Virus record (IMG/VR): IMGVR_UViG_3300009408_000009
From: an uncultured virus (IMG/VR IMGVR_UViG_3300009408_000009)
Lineage: Duplodnaviria > Heunggongvirae > Uroviricota > Caudoviricetes
Length of the DNA stretch: 60,405 bases
Reading direction: 5' to 3' (one strand)
Below are positions 9,315-18,348 of this stretch, piece after piece. The translations under genes and the position numbers were made by a program. Position 1 is the first letter of the stretch; each line of letters begins with the position of its first letter. Below the pieces are notes generated by a model. It was not told where the DNA came from and searched no databases. It worked only from the letters and a program-made list of their open reading frames with translations.

Positions 9315-9515
9315 TCAAATACTATACCATATCATCAAATGTTTAATAGCGTTTTCATCTTCGCCGCCTAATTTATATGTTCCTCGTTTTAGTATTTTAT
9401 TTATATTACGTACTGATTTATTATAAGAAATATCGGTATGTGGGGTTTCCCACCATAAACATATTAATTGTTTTAAAAATTCAGATTGTTGCTTTGTAAC
9501 TTTTATGTTTTTCAT
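9315..9515 (-). CDS. Hypothetical protein
   Basis: 66-aa ORF; its ATG lies inside the repeated element. Confidence 0.55.
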   Translation of the reverse strand: MKNIKVTKQQSEFLKQLICLWWETPHTDISYNKSVRNINKILKRGTYKLGGEDENAIKHLMIWYSI

Positions 9516-9610
9516 TAATAATCAAATATAGTTTCAATAGTTGTAATTAGTTTTATAAAATATTTTATAAAACTTTATTATATTAAATGTAAAAGAACAT
9601 TATACTATTT
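9506..9610. mobile_element. Miniature element (or empty site) made of the two ends of the TnpB element
   Basis: 9506-9562 is nearly identical to 45628-45684, and 9561-9610 to 47163-47212; joined through a perfect 26-bp palindrome AGTTTTATAAAATATTTTATAAAACT (9549-9574). Confidence 0.75.
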
Positions 9611-10634
9611 CGCACGCATTTCCAGCACATGCTAATTCCCCAGTTAAATCAGTAGTATCACGTTTTTCTATAATTTGTGTTACATCAATATCTTTTAATG
9701 TTTCCATTAATCGTTCGTATTCTTTTTTTGTAATATCCTGAAAAGGTGCCTGTTTATAAGTACCACCGTTATATGGCAATACAGATAATCCATTGTAAAC
9801 TCTACGATTTTTCCACATCCATTCGCCTATTTCTTCCCATTCATCATCTTTTATAGAAACCGTGCATGATACATTATTTTGATTTTGACCTTTACGATAT
9901 CCTTCGTGCACCCAATTTTCTGAAATATGTTTTACTCTTTCTAGTAAATCAATTGGCGATTCATGACGAGTTATAGCTCCAATCGGTGCCTTTTGTGGTA
10001 CTGATATAACTGCTTGTGTTTTTGGATTAAAAAATTCATCCTCAATTAATTCAGCATGATTTTTCTTTAAGTATTTATATATTGATTCATCTTTACCAAT
10101 TCGTACTCGTCTAATATAATAATCATTATGCCAAGCGTGAATTCCACTACTTGTACCTAATACTAAACTTGTAGTACCCGCAGGTTTTGTTGTAGTTGTT
10201 CTGGATGCAGGATTAATTCCTATTATCTTGGCAATTACTTTATTAGTATCATTTACAATATTCGCAGTTTCTTTAAAATCTAGTTTCATATTAGATTCTG
10301 ATGCTATACCCGTCATACTTACTCCAATTAATGCATCTTTTTCGGTCGTTTTTCTCCAAATATCACGTAAATAATGAAAATCAGTATATCCTGCTTGTAG
10401 TGTACCTAAGAATGCTGCTGCTTTAGCTCTTTTATTAAAATCATCTTGATTTTTTACTGAAGCCATATTAATTTCAGTTAAATTACAAAATTGAAATGGC
10501 CTTAGTGAAATTTCACAATTATGGACTAATAAGCCATCAGCAAAAAAGTTATGATTATCAGCTACCTCAATATCGTATACATCAGTATTTTTTTCTATTG
10601 TTATTTTTTTTATCTTAATTCGTTTTAATTTCAT
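9600..10634 (-). CDS. nrdJ: Class II ribonucleotide reductase, part 3, with N-terminal C-intein (39 aa)
   Basis: VYDIEVADNHNFFADGLLVHN|CEISL; CNLTE; KPAGTTS; C-terminal CAGNACEIV. Confidence 0.9.
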   Translation of the reverse strand: MKLKRIKIKKITIEKNTDVYDIEVADNHNFFADGLLVHNCEISLRPFQFCNLTEINMASVKNQDDFNKRAKAAAFLGTLQAGYTDFHYLRDIWRKTTEKDALIGVSMTGIASESNMKLDFKETANIVNDTNKVIAKIIGINPASRTTTTKPAGTTSLVLGTSSGIHAWHNDYYIRRVRIGKDESIYKYLKKNHAELIEDEFFNPKTQAVISVPQKAPIGAITRHESPIDLLERVKHISENWVHEGYRKGQNQNNVSCTVSIKDDEWEEIGEWMWKNRRVYNGLSVLPYNGGTYKQAPFQDITKKEYERLMETLKDIDVTQIIEKRDTTDLTGELACAGNACEIV

Positions 10635-10700
10635 TTTGTATTCTTCTTATTGGTTTCCATATTTTATCTTTCCAAAATCCTTTAATTTCAACAATTTTTG
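10615..10700 (-). pseudogene. Remnant of a PD-(D/E)xK-type endonuclease between nrdJ parts
   Basis: Start-less frame IVEIKGFWKDKIWKPIRRIQNEIKTN* overlapping the part 3 start. Confidence 0.45.
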
Positions 10701-10730
10701 TAATTTCATTTTTTTCGTTATATATAAAAA

Positions 10731-11762
10731 TTAAATTTTCAATAAAACATCACTTTCGGTTAAGTCTTTTGCTTCCACGTATCCACGATTTTCAGTAAAC
10801 ACCTTATGGTCAGGTGTCATCTTTATAATTGAACCATCTTCTAATTCCAATGAAATAACATCAGCGTGTTTTCTAGTTAGTAACCCATTCGTAATCTGTT
10901 TTTTTTCAACTTTACAAGTAGATGTATTATATGATAAAATATTTGGTGCAGTACCTCCCCGTTCATGTAATTCTACCAGTTCTTTAATAGTCCAGGTCTT
11001 ATCAGTATCGGTACTAATTACGGTTTCTGGTGCCAAACAACATGGATTTGTACCCCATTCTTGATCATTGGTAAAAAATATACCGGGCTCGCCTGCACCA
11101 GATTCTTTAATTCGTTCCCAAATTCCATTAAATTTTTGTTTGCGAATTTGATGTCGTAATATAACAACACTATTGTTGGCTCTACCACGCTGAGGATTCC
11201 GTACATACCAATCACCAGTTTTGCATGCTAGCATTTCGGTATCATTTAAATTAAATAATGATATCATTGCTGCTCTACGAATACCACCTGCTAATACTGC
11301 ATCTGCAATATGACACATAATATCGTGTGATTCTAAAGTTGTTAGTTGTGTTCTATCTTGTTTTTCACGCAGCATTCCTTCGATTTTAGTAATAGCCAAT
11401 CTAAGTGGTTCGGGGCCAGGAGCCTTTCCTCCTGCAGTAATAAGTAATGCTCCTTTTTCTCTAATATCACTATAATCAAATTGAATATGCGCACTAATTT
11501 TTCCTGTATAGGATTTAAATAATGTTTTTATTGCATCTGACCATCCTATGATACTATCTTGAATAACATATTTCCTATTATATTCATAATTTGGTTTTCT
11601 AATTTCTGGTAACTGTTCTACATGATGCTTTTGTACGCTAAAGCCAACCCCCGTATTATGTACTACTTCTCCAGCTGCTAAACAGAAATTTTGTGTTCCT
11701 TTGATTGATAAATCATAATAATTACGAGTATCTTCAATAAATGTTTTTTTAATTATTTTCAT
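10731..11762 (-). CDS. nrdJ: Class II ribonucleotide reductase, part 2 (C-intein 1, extein, N-intein 2)
   Basis: GEVVHN|TGVGFSVQ; GGIRRAAMI; GTNPC|CLAPET...TPDHK. Confidence 0.9.
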   Translation of the reverse strand: MKIIKKTFIEDTRNYYDLSIKGTQNFCLAAGEVVHNTGVGFSVQKHHVEQLPEIRKPNYEYNRKYVIQDSIIGWSDAIKTLFKSYTGKISAHIQFDYSDIREKGALLITAGGKAPGPEPLRLAITKIEGMLREKQDRTQLTTLESHDIMCHIADAVLAGGIRRAAMISLFNLNDTEMLACKTGDWYVRNPQRGRANNSVVILRHQIRKQKFNGIWERIKESGAGEPGIFFTNDQEWGTNPCCLAPETVISTDTDKTWTIKELVELHERGGTAPNILSYNTSTCKVEKKQITNGLLTRKHADVISLELEDGSIIKMTPDHKVFTENRGYVEAKDLTESDVLLKI

Positions 11763-11985
11763 ATTATAATTCTAATAATAATTTTTTATGTATATTTTTT
11801 ATCCCAGTTTTAATAATATCAGTTTCCCACCAAACAAATACCTTTTTGCCAGTAAGTTGCTCTATACGTTGGATTCTGGTTGCATCCGTTTTCCAAGTTT
11901 CTCCTACAAGTTTACCTCGTATTACATCGGTTTCGTTATATAAAGCTGGGTTGCCGTGTCAATAATCACCATATAATAAAAACAT
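11763..11985 (-). pseudogene. Decayed Vsr-like (DUF559-type) endonuclease
   Basis: MFLLYGDY*HGNP...VWWETD: GDYWH motif with TGA in place of TGG; N-terminus missing. Confidence 0.65.
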
Positions 11986-11987
11986 AA

Positions 11988-12641
11988 TTATTTAGGAATT
12001 TCACTTTCATCAGCAAATTTTATGTCATCATCTTCGGTTAAATGTTGCGCTTCCACCCATCCTCTATTTGTTGTTAAAAATTTATGATCAGTGGTACATT
12101 TTATCACCTTGCCACTTTCTATTGTTAATTCCATTTTTGGTTTTGATGCAGTTGGCGTCATTCCAGCAAAAGTAGGATGCACCCAATTATATTTACCTGT
12201 CGTTTCATCGAGGGTCAATATATAATCATCAGTTGTTACATCAATAATACGTTTATCACCATCTTTTGTTTTTATCAAAGTGTCAGGGTCAAAGCATCCG
12301 CCTAACAATAAAAACATAGTTTCTGAAAAACTATATATTGAATCTACCGGCAGGAATGCACAATTATAGATTCTTGCGTTATTAAGTTCAATTGGTCTGC
12401 CACCAAATTGCATTGACCTCATTGAGGGTAACACTTTTTTTGTATAAACAAACTCCTCGTATAACTTAGTTATATCATCCTTTAATTCAGGATAAGATTT
12501 TATATGCATTTTTTTATTACGGTTTACAATTTCTAACCACGTTTCTCTACGGTTCTCAATAGATAAATGTCTTGCGTATTTCATGTGTACTATAATATCG
12601 CTAAGTATTTTTTTATCTAACTCTACATTAGTATTGTTCAT
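11988..12641 (-). CDS. nrdJ: Class II ribonucleotide reductase, part 1, with C-terminal N-intein
   Basis: RRETW, LPSMRSMQFGG, YNCAF, LLLGG|CFDPDT...TTDHK. Confidence 0.9.
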   Translation of the reverse strand: MNNTNVELDKKILSDIIVHMKYARHLSIENRRETWLEIVNRNKKMHIKSYPELKDDITKLYEEFVYTKKVLPSMRSMQFGGRPIELNNARIYNCAFLPVDSIYSFSETMFLLLGGCFDPDTLIKTKDGDKRIIDVTTDDYILTLDETTGKYNWVHPTFAGMTPTASKPKMELTIESGKVIKCTTDHKFLTTNRGWVEAQHLTEDDDIKFADESEIPK

Positions 12642-12710
12642 ATTTTGTAATATTCATTTTTAAAAAGTTTTTGTTTCAGTTTTTATTTAATAAATTAATT
12701 TTAAAATTCA

Positions 12711-12881
12711 TCATTTATATTCTTCCACCGAAGCCTTTCTGTAATCGGTAATTAACTTTTTAAGCTCTCCAATAGCTTTTCTAGCACGTATTTTTGCTAC
12801 TTTAGTTGTTTTGTTGTGTTCACTTTTAAATTCTTCGAATAATTCGTTTATACGATCATAAATGTCATTTGAGGTTGTCAT
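12711..12881 (-). CDS. Histone H1-like Hc1-type small basic protein (56 aa)
   Basis: MTTSNDIYDRINELFEEFKSEHNKTTKVAKIRARKAIGELKKLITDYRKASVEEYK; RARK...ELKK..YRK.S signature; not in the ORF track. Confidence 0.7.
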   Translation of the reverse strand: MTTSNDIYDRINELFEEFKSEHNKTTKVAKIRARKAIGELKKLITDYRKASVEEYK

Positions 12882-12981
12882 AAAATAGTTGTTTTTGTTT
12901 TAAATTAAATAATTGATTGTCCGCGATTGCGGATTTATAAATACATCATAAAAAGTTTTTGATGATTTTTTTTGTTAAATA

Positions 12982-13782
12982 TTATGTATTAAAAAAATCT
13001 TTAAATTTCATGTTGAGTTTATATTTTTGATAATTGTGGTTAAATACATTCATATTAAAGGTTGGCATCGTTATTTCATTATATTTTCCAAGCGATACTC
13101 GTTTTTCAAAAATTAAATCTATATCCTTTGGATATTTTTTATTAGTATATTCTGGATATTGATTTAATATTTTCTTGCTTGATTTATTTATAGGATATAT
13201 GTATCTAAACATTAATCCTCTAATTCTAACTATTCCTTTGTATTCACAAAAATCATGAGTTAACCAAAATATTTTTTCTTTGTTTTCATATATAGCATTT
13301 TCTATACATAATTGTTTTGCGCTTCGTGGATGTATTTTTTCATGCGTTTCGATATCCATATATACACTTGTTTTAAAACTACCTAAATAACGAAAATTAG
13401 ATGCTTGATAAACATAACCGCATTTTCCCATTATTCCATCAGCCATTGTATATAAAAATTTTATATCTAATGATGTTTTTATCCATTTTATTAATAAACT
13501 TGTTGACTGAGAGCCAAAATTACTTTGATTTTTACTCGGTAAAAAACACATTTTGCCGATTTCTAAATAATCAGAACTTTTGAAATTATGCTTATAAAAT
13601 ATTTTATGAATTGTACCAAACGGTTGAGTTCCCCAACCCAAAGTTACAACACCAACTAATTCTTCATTTTCAAAATAGCCAAGATAATGTTTTGTTAATC
13701 TAGGTAAAATTTTACTATAATGATATTTTTGTATAAAATCAATAGCTCTTTGCGGATAAATAGGTTTAATTATTAATTTCAT
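12982..13782 (-). CDS. Mom-like GNAT-fold DNA modification enzyme
   Basis: FIQKYHYS, LVGVVTLG, EIGKMC, YTMADG...GYVYQASNF. Confidence 0.7.
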   Translation of the reverse strand: MKLIIKPIYPQRAIDFIQKYHYSKILPRLTKHYLGYFENEELVGVVTLGWGTQPFGTIHKIFYKHNFKSSDYLEIGKMCFLPSKNQSNFGSQSTSLLIKWIKTSLDIKFLYTMADGIMGKCGYVYQASNFRYLGSFKTSVYMDIETHEKIHPRSAKQLCIENAIYENKEKIFWLTHDFCEYKGIVRIRGLMFRYIYPINKSSKKILNQYPEYTNKKYPKDIDLIFEKRVSLGKYNEITMPTFNMNVFNHNYQKYKLNMKFKDFFNT

Positions 13783-13810
13783 AAATCGAAAAATTTATTT
13801 GATTTTTTAT
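13777..13810. repeat. 34-bp direct repeat, copy 1
   Basis: TTTCATAAATCGAAAAATTTATTTGATTTTTTAT, identical to 15144-15177. Confidence 0.95.
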
Positions 13811-15149
13811 TTTGAGCTGGAGTTGCTGATTCTTTATCTAAAACTTGAAGAGCGGTTTCAATTCTTGCTTTTGCTATTTTAAAATAATCAGCATTATCAT
13901 CTATACCAATAAAATCATATCCAAGTTGTTTGCACGCTTTTCCTGTACTACCACTACCCATAAATGGATCTAATACAATTCCGTTTGGTGGCGTTACCAT
14001 TCTTACTAAATATTTCATTAGTTTGGTTGGTTTTAGAGTCGGATGATTATTCTTTTTTGGTAATACGGAATTTCGTTCACTTCCATCTGGTCTGAATTTA
14101 TTAGTGTTCATTCCATAAAGTTGTCCATTATCACGTTTTGCTGATTCTTTATACTCGAAATCATCTAATCCTTCATCCCTATCTTTTTTACTGGCTTTTG
14201 CACAATAGAAAAATCTCGATGCGTTTCCACTATAGCCGTGTTGATTATTTTGATTTGCGAACCCATTTAAAAAATTTGTATTAGTATCACTTTTATAACT
14301 AGATTTATCAGATGCTACTTTACCACTTTTTGTATCTGGAAATAAATCAGTTACTTCTTCACTACCATCATGTATAAAGTTTGCTGGCCATCTGCCATTG
14401 GGTTTTATAACATCCACCCTTTCAGATTTATTTTTAGTCATTCCCCACGTTTGATTATTAATATCAGTATCACGCTGAGACCGATTAATAGTACGAAGCT
14501 GAGAATTATCAATATCCAAATTTAATGGCACTCTACTTGCATCAATATTTATTCCACCTGTACCGTGTTTTATTACATTTTTAACTATCGTATTTTCTGA
14601 AAGTGGTTTTCTTGCCATTACAATTGGTTCATGAGCTGGTTTTAATGATGTTCCCCAGCCTTCCCATTCTGAATTTCCCTTTGTAAGTATTTCCGCGTCA
14701 TATCCAAAGTGTTTTATATTATTTCTATTAGCTGGGTCTGTAAGATACCCTGCACCTTTTGTTTTAACTGTCTGAACATCACCTCTTATTTTTTCACCGA
14801 TTATTTCTCGTTTATTACCAAGTTGTTTATCAATCGCTTTACCAATATTATAATTTTTTGGAAAACCGCTTCCGTAAACCCACATTATTTGGTCTCGTAT
14901 TTCAAACCCCGCATCCTCAATATTTACAACCATTCTATGATAAGTTCTAGCTCCAGAAAATGATAATAAATATCCACCCGGTTTTAATACTCGTAAACAT
15001 TCTTTCCATAATTCTACGGTTGGAACGTCATAATCCCATTTTTTACTCATAAATTTTAAACCATATGGTGGATCGGTTACAATACTATCTACGGAGTTAT
15101 CTTCTAATTCTTTCAATTTTATTTCAGATTTACCTAATAATATTTTCAT
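13779..15149 (-). CDS. Beta-class DNA methyltransferase with large insertion
   Basis: TDPPY; HPTLKP; LDPFMGSGST. Confidence 0.9.
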   Translation of the reverse strand: MKILLGKSEIKLKELEDNSVDSIVTDPPYGLKFMSKKWDYDVPTVELWKECLRVLKPGGYLLSFSGARTYHRMVVNIEDAGFEIRDQIMWVYGSGFPKNYNIGKAIDKQLGNKREIIGEKIRGDVQTVKTKGAGYLTDPANRNNIKHFGYDAEILTKGNSEWEGWGTSLKPAHEPIVMARKPLSENTIVKNVIKHGTGGINIDASRVPLNLDIDNSQLRTINRSQRDTDINNQTWGMTKNKSERVDVIKPNGRWPANFIHDGSEEVTDLFPDTKSGKVASDKSSYKSDTNTNFLNGFANQNNQHGYSGNASRFFYCAKASKKDRDEGLDDFEYKESAKRDNGQLYGMNTNKFRPDGSERNSVLPKKNNHPTLKPTKLMKYLVRMVTPPNGIVLDPFMGSGSTGKACKQLGYDFIGIDDNADYFKIAKARIETALQVLDKESATPAQNKKSNKFFDL

Positions 15150-15177
15150 AAATCGAAAAATTTATTTGATTTTTTAT
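15144..15177. repeat. 34-bp direct repeat, copy 2
   Basis: Identical to 13777-13810; encodes KKSNKFFDL* and overlaps the next ATG. Confidence 0.95.
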
Positions 15178-15847
15178 CTTTTATCATTAATCGTTCACTC
15201 ATTACATCAAAATATTCCTGTAATTGTTCAATTCCAATAAAATCTCTATTTAAGTTTTTACACGCAACTCCAGTTGTACCGCTTCCTGCGAACATATCCA
15301 ATACAATATCATTTTCATTTGTATGTATTCTTAATAACCGTTCTAGTAATTCCACTGGTTTTTCAGTTGGATGTTTTCGTTTTTTACTACTTGGACTTGA
15401 ATACTTAAATGTTTTTAATTGAGTAGCATATCCTGTATTATTATAAGTACAGTTTTTTCCTCTTACATATACCATAAATTCTAAATTTGAAATATATTTT
15501 CCATTACCAAATGGTACTGGATTTGGTTTATCCCAAACTAGCAATGTTGTTGAAAACCCTAAGTTTTCCCAATAACTCATTATTTTTGATATTTGTTTAT
15601 TTGAGCAAAATACAACTAAATTTACTATTTTGCAAACACGTTGAATTTCACTAAATATAAGATTCATATTAAATCCATTACTGATGAAATTTATATGAGT
15701 ATCTTTTACCAGTTTTCGTTGCGCGAATTCACTTTTACCACCACCATGATTTTCTAATTTATATGGAGGGTCTACTAATATAAAATCAATCGAGTTATTC
15801 GGTATATTTTTTAATTCGTCATAACAGTTTCCATGTATTAATTTCAT
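15146..15847 (-). CDS. Beta-class DNA methyltransferase
   Basis: VDPPY; HPTEKP; LDMFAGSGTT. Confidence 0.9.
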   Translation of the reverse strand: MKLIHGNCYDELKNIPNNSIDFILVDPPYKLENHGGGKSEFAQRKLVKDTHINFISNGFNMNLIFSEIQRVCKIVNLVVFCSNKQISKIMSYWENLGFSTTLLVWDKPNPVPFGNGKYISNLEFMVYVRGKNCTYNNTGYATQLKTFKYSSPSSKKRKHPTEKPVELLERLLRIHTNENDIVLDMFAGSGTTGVACKNLNRDFIGIEQLQEYFDVMSERLMIKDKKSNKFFDL

Positions 15848-16462
15848 TTAATCTAAAATAACAGTATTAGCCCAATGTTTAATAGACCTTATTTCGGTAG
15901 GATAAAAATCTGTAATACTATTTATAAAATTACTGTTTATTCCTTCAAATACAAACGGTCTTCCATTAACAGTTGAGTAAAATTCTCCAGCTTTTCCAAA
16001 AAACGGTTTTCCTAATTTTACTTCTTTACCAATAGTACCTCTGCCTGGATATCCAGATGGACATTTGTTTGTACTTATTAAGTAGTATTCTCCTGATGGT
16101 TTGCTGTATGTTATAGAATCTTGATTAAAATATGTGCCTAACTTAATAAGATCTTTTTTTAATTTTCCTGTATCCTTTAAATCAACTACAATATAAGAAG
16201 TCTCTTTTACTGCTATCGCATCAGGTGTTTTGAAATTTTCTATATAAACTCCTTTTATCTCCGTCACACCATACCCCATAGATAATAATTTACTTTTTAA
16301 TAAAACGTTATTATGCTTATTTTCTTTCTTAAATATCTTTTCTCCTTTACCACACTCTTTTCTGTTACGAAACGCAGTAATTGTTCCCGAATCATGTGTT
16401 GTTACGTGTTTCCAAATTCTTGATAATGAAGATTCTTTAATTATATCTTTTAGTTTTTTCAT
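15848..16462 (-). CDS. Conserved phage protein, possible SAM-lyase/DUF3293-like fold
   Basis: ITAFR...N...GVYIE...ETSY...QDSI pattern; N-terminal KLKDIIKE motif. Confidence 0.4.
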   Translation of the reverse strand: MKKLKDIIKESSLSRIWKHVTTHDSGTITAFRNRKECGKGEKIFKKENKHNNVLLKSKLLSMGYGVTEIKGVYIENFKTPDAIAVKETSYIVVDLKDTGKLKKDLIKLGTYFNQDSITYSKPSGEYYLISTNKCPSGYPGRGTIGKEVKLGKPFFGKAGEFYSTVNGRPFVFEGINSNFINSITDFYPTEIRSIKHWANTVILD

Positions 16463-16516
16463 AGTAATTATAATGAGTTAAAAAATGATTTATTATTTGT
16501 TGTGCATAATTTATTT

Positions 16517-17053
16517 CTAACCCATATTTAATAAACCAGACAACAATGTATGCATAAAACTATACATATTAAAAAAAAGTAGAAATGGAAGTAACACTCC
16601 CATGTTTTCAAGATATTTTTTATGTAAAAGTTTCTTTTGCATGAGTGCTCCGTTATTTGATTCTTTAGTAGTTAATATTCCATTCGATGAAGTGCCATCA
16701 TAAACTTGAATAAATCCAGAGTTTGTATCCATTTTACAAGGAAATGTGATACCATCTGGCCCAAATCTGTTTTTCACAATATGAACCCTTGCAGTATTGT
16801 TTAATTTATCTTTTGCTTTTCTACTCCAACTCATTATAAAATCTGCATTCATTACCTTTGCATATGAATCAGCTATTTTATCTGCTTCAATTATTTCACT
16901 ATCAATTGCTGAATTATGAGTGTAAATCTCATTAGCAAAAAACATATGAGTATCATCTACTGTAATATCAACCGTTTCTTCTTCACCAATCAGTTGAATT
17001 GATTCTATTTCATCTAATTCAAAAGATTCTGTATTTAATTTATGTTCTTTCAT
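16517..17053 (-). CDS. DnaB/gp41 helicase, part 3, with C-intein (47 aa)
   Basis: ETVDITVDDTHMFFANEIYTHN|SAID; ADF; KNRFG. Confidence 0.9.
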   Translation of the reverse strand: MKEHKLNTESFELDEIESIQLIGEEETVDITVDDTHMFFANEIYTHNSAIDSEIIEADKIADSYAKVMNADFIMSWSRKAKDKLNNTARVHIVKNRFGPDGITFPCKMDTNSGFIQVYDGTSSNGILTTKESNNGALMQKKLLHKKYLENMGVLLPFLLFFNMYSFMHTLLSGLLNMG

Positions 17054-17154
17054 TTATAAAATTTAAACATTTATCTATAATCTGTTGTTTATCATTTTTT
17101 CCACTTCTTGTTTTTAAAAATTATCTTTTTGTGTTTTAAGTTTTTTTGTTAAGA

Positions 17155-18348
17155 TCATTTTTCCATTTTTTTTAAACCATCTTCTTTTCCATATTTTTCA
17201 ATATAATGATTTTCTGAAAAGGTTGCTTTCTTTTTTGAAACTTTTTTTGTAAAAAGCTTATCACCTACTTTTAGACCAGTTTCAATTGATTTTTGTTTGC
17301 CGTACTGTGTTGGGAAAAGATGTCTTGCAGAGCATTTAACTACTTTACCACTTTTTAATTTTATTTTATAAACTGGTTGCGTTTTCTTTTCAAATACATG
17401 AGTCACATTTTTATATCCATTATGTGTAAGAACTTTATCACCTTTCTTAATACTACCGATTTCGACCTTACCCAATGGCGTATCTACTTTGGTATCCAAT
17501 GTTAAACATCGATTTGTCTGGCTGGCTGTCCAGACCGGAATATTCTTCATTCCGCTTAATCCTCGTAATTCAATATAAACTCCGCCTTGCTCTTGATATG
17601 TTGAATCATTTCTACCAGTTGAAGATAACATTAAATCCGCATAATCAATAATGATTAAATCTGGTTTTTTACCAGCTGCTATCATTTGTTCAATATGTAA
17701 TTCTATTTGCTTAGTACTCACTCCACGCGGTGGAAAATACTTAATCATTATATTACCTTGTAACGCCTTTATTTTAGAATATATCTCAGCTTGTTTATCT
17801 TTTAATTGGTTTGTTGCAATATGAGTAATTACAGTATCATATCTAGCACCCACATAAGATTCAGAAAGTTCCATAGTATAATGAGCTACTTGTTTTCCTA
17901 TACTCGATGCATATGCACCAATACAAGTTAAAATCCAAGTATTATGTGATAATATACCATTGCCATAAAAACATTGAACTTTATCAACCATTAAATCATA
18001 TAGAATTTTAATTTTTCCTTCTTTAATTTTTCTAATTTTTGCAGTACCGTTTTCAGTTTCTATAATATCATTTTCAATATTAATATCCTTAACAAGTTTC
18101 CACTCTCCATTTACTTTCAATTTATGTTCCCAACCGCATTGCAATGTTTTATTATTAGTAAAATATAAACGTATGGATTTTTGAGAAACGGTTCTACAAA
18201 TTGATGGAACTGAATAGTATCCATATGGGGTTTTCACTTTTACATCATAATGCATTTCATGAATATATTCAGCCTTTTCAGGAATATTATTATTTTTGAA
18301 AAAGGTATCCAACCGTACAGTTTCTCGTACTTTACGTGTATGTATCAT
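17155..18348 (-). CDS. DnaB/gp41 helicase, part 2 (long C-intein 1, extein, N-intein 2)
   Basis: GNGILSHN|TWIL; IIIDYAD; WTASQTNR|CLTLDT...SARHLFPT. Confidence 0.9.
   Translation of the reverse strand: MIHTRKVRETVRLDTFFKNNNIPEKAEYIHEMHYDVKVKTPYGYYSVPSICRTVSQKSIRLYFTNNKTLQCGWEHKLKVNGEWKLVKDINIENDIIETENGTAKIRKIKEGKIKILYDLMVDKVQCFYGNGILSHNTWILTCIGAYASSIGKQVAHYTMELSESYVGARYDTVITHIATNQLKDKQAEIYSKIKALQGNIMIKYFPPRGVSTKQIELHIEQMIAAGKKPDLIIIDYADLMLSSTGRNDSTYQEQGGVYIELRGLSGMKNIPVWTASQTNRCLTLDTKVDTPLGKVEIGSIKKGDKVLTHNGYKNVTHVFEKKTQPVYKIKLKSGKVVKCSARHLFPTQYGKQKSIETGLKVGDKLFTKKVSKKKATFSENHYIEKYGKEDGLKKMEK

Noticed and set aside
11955..11965. TGA reassigned to Trp (GDY*H)
   Set aside because: TGA ends many intact genes here and TGG is used for Trp; a nonsense mutation in a remnant is simpler.
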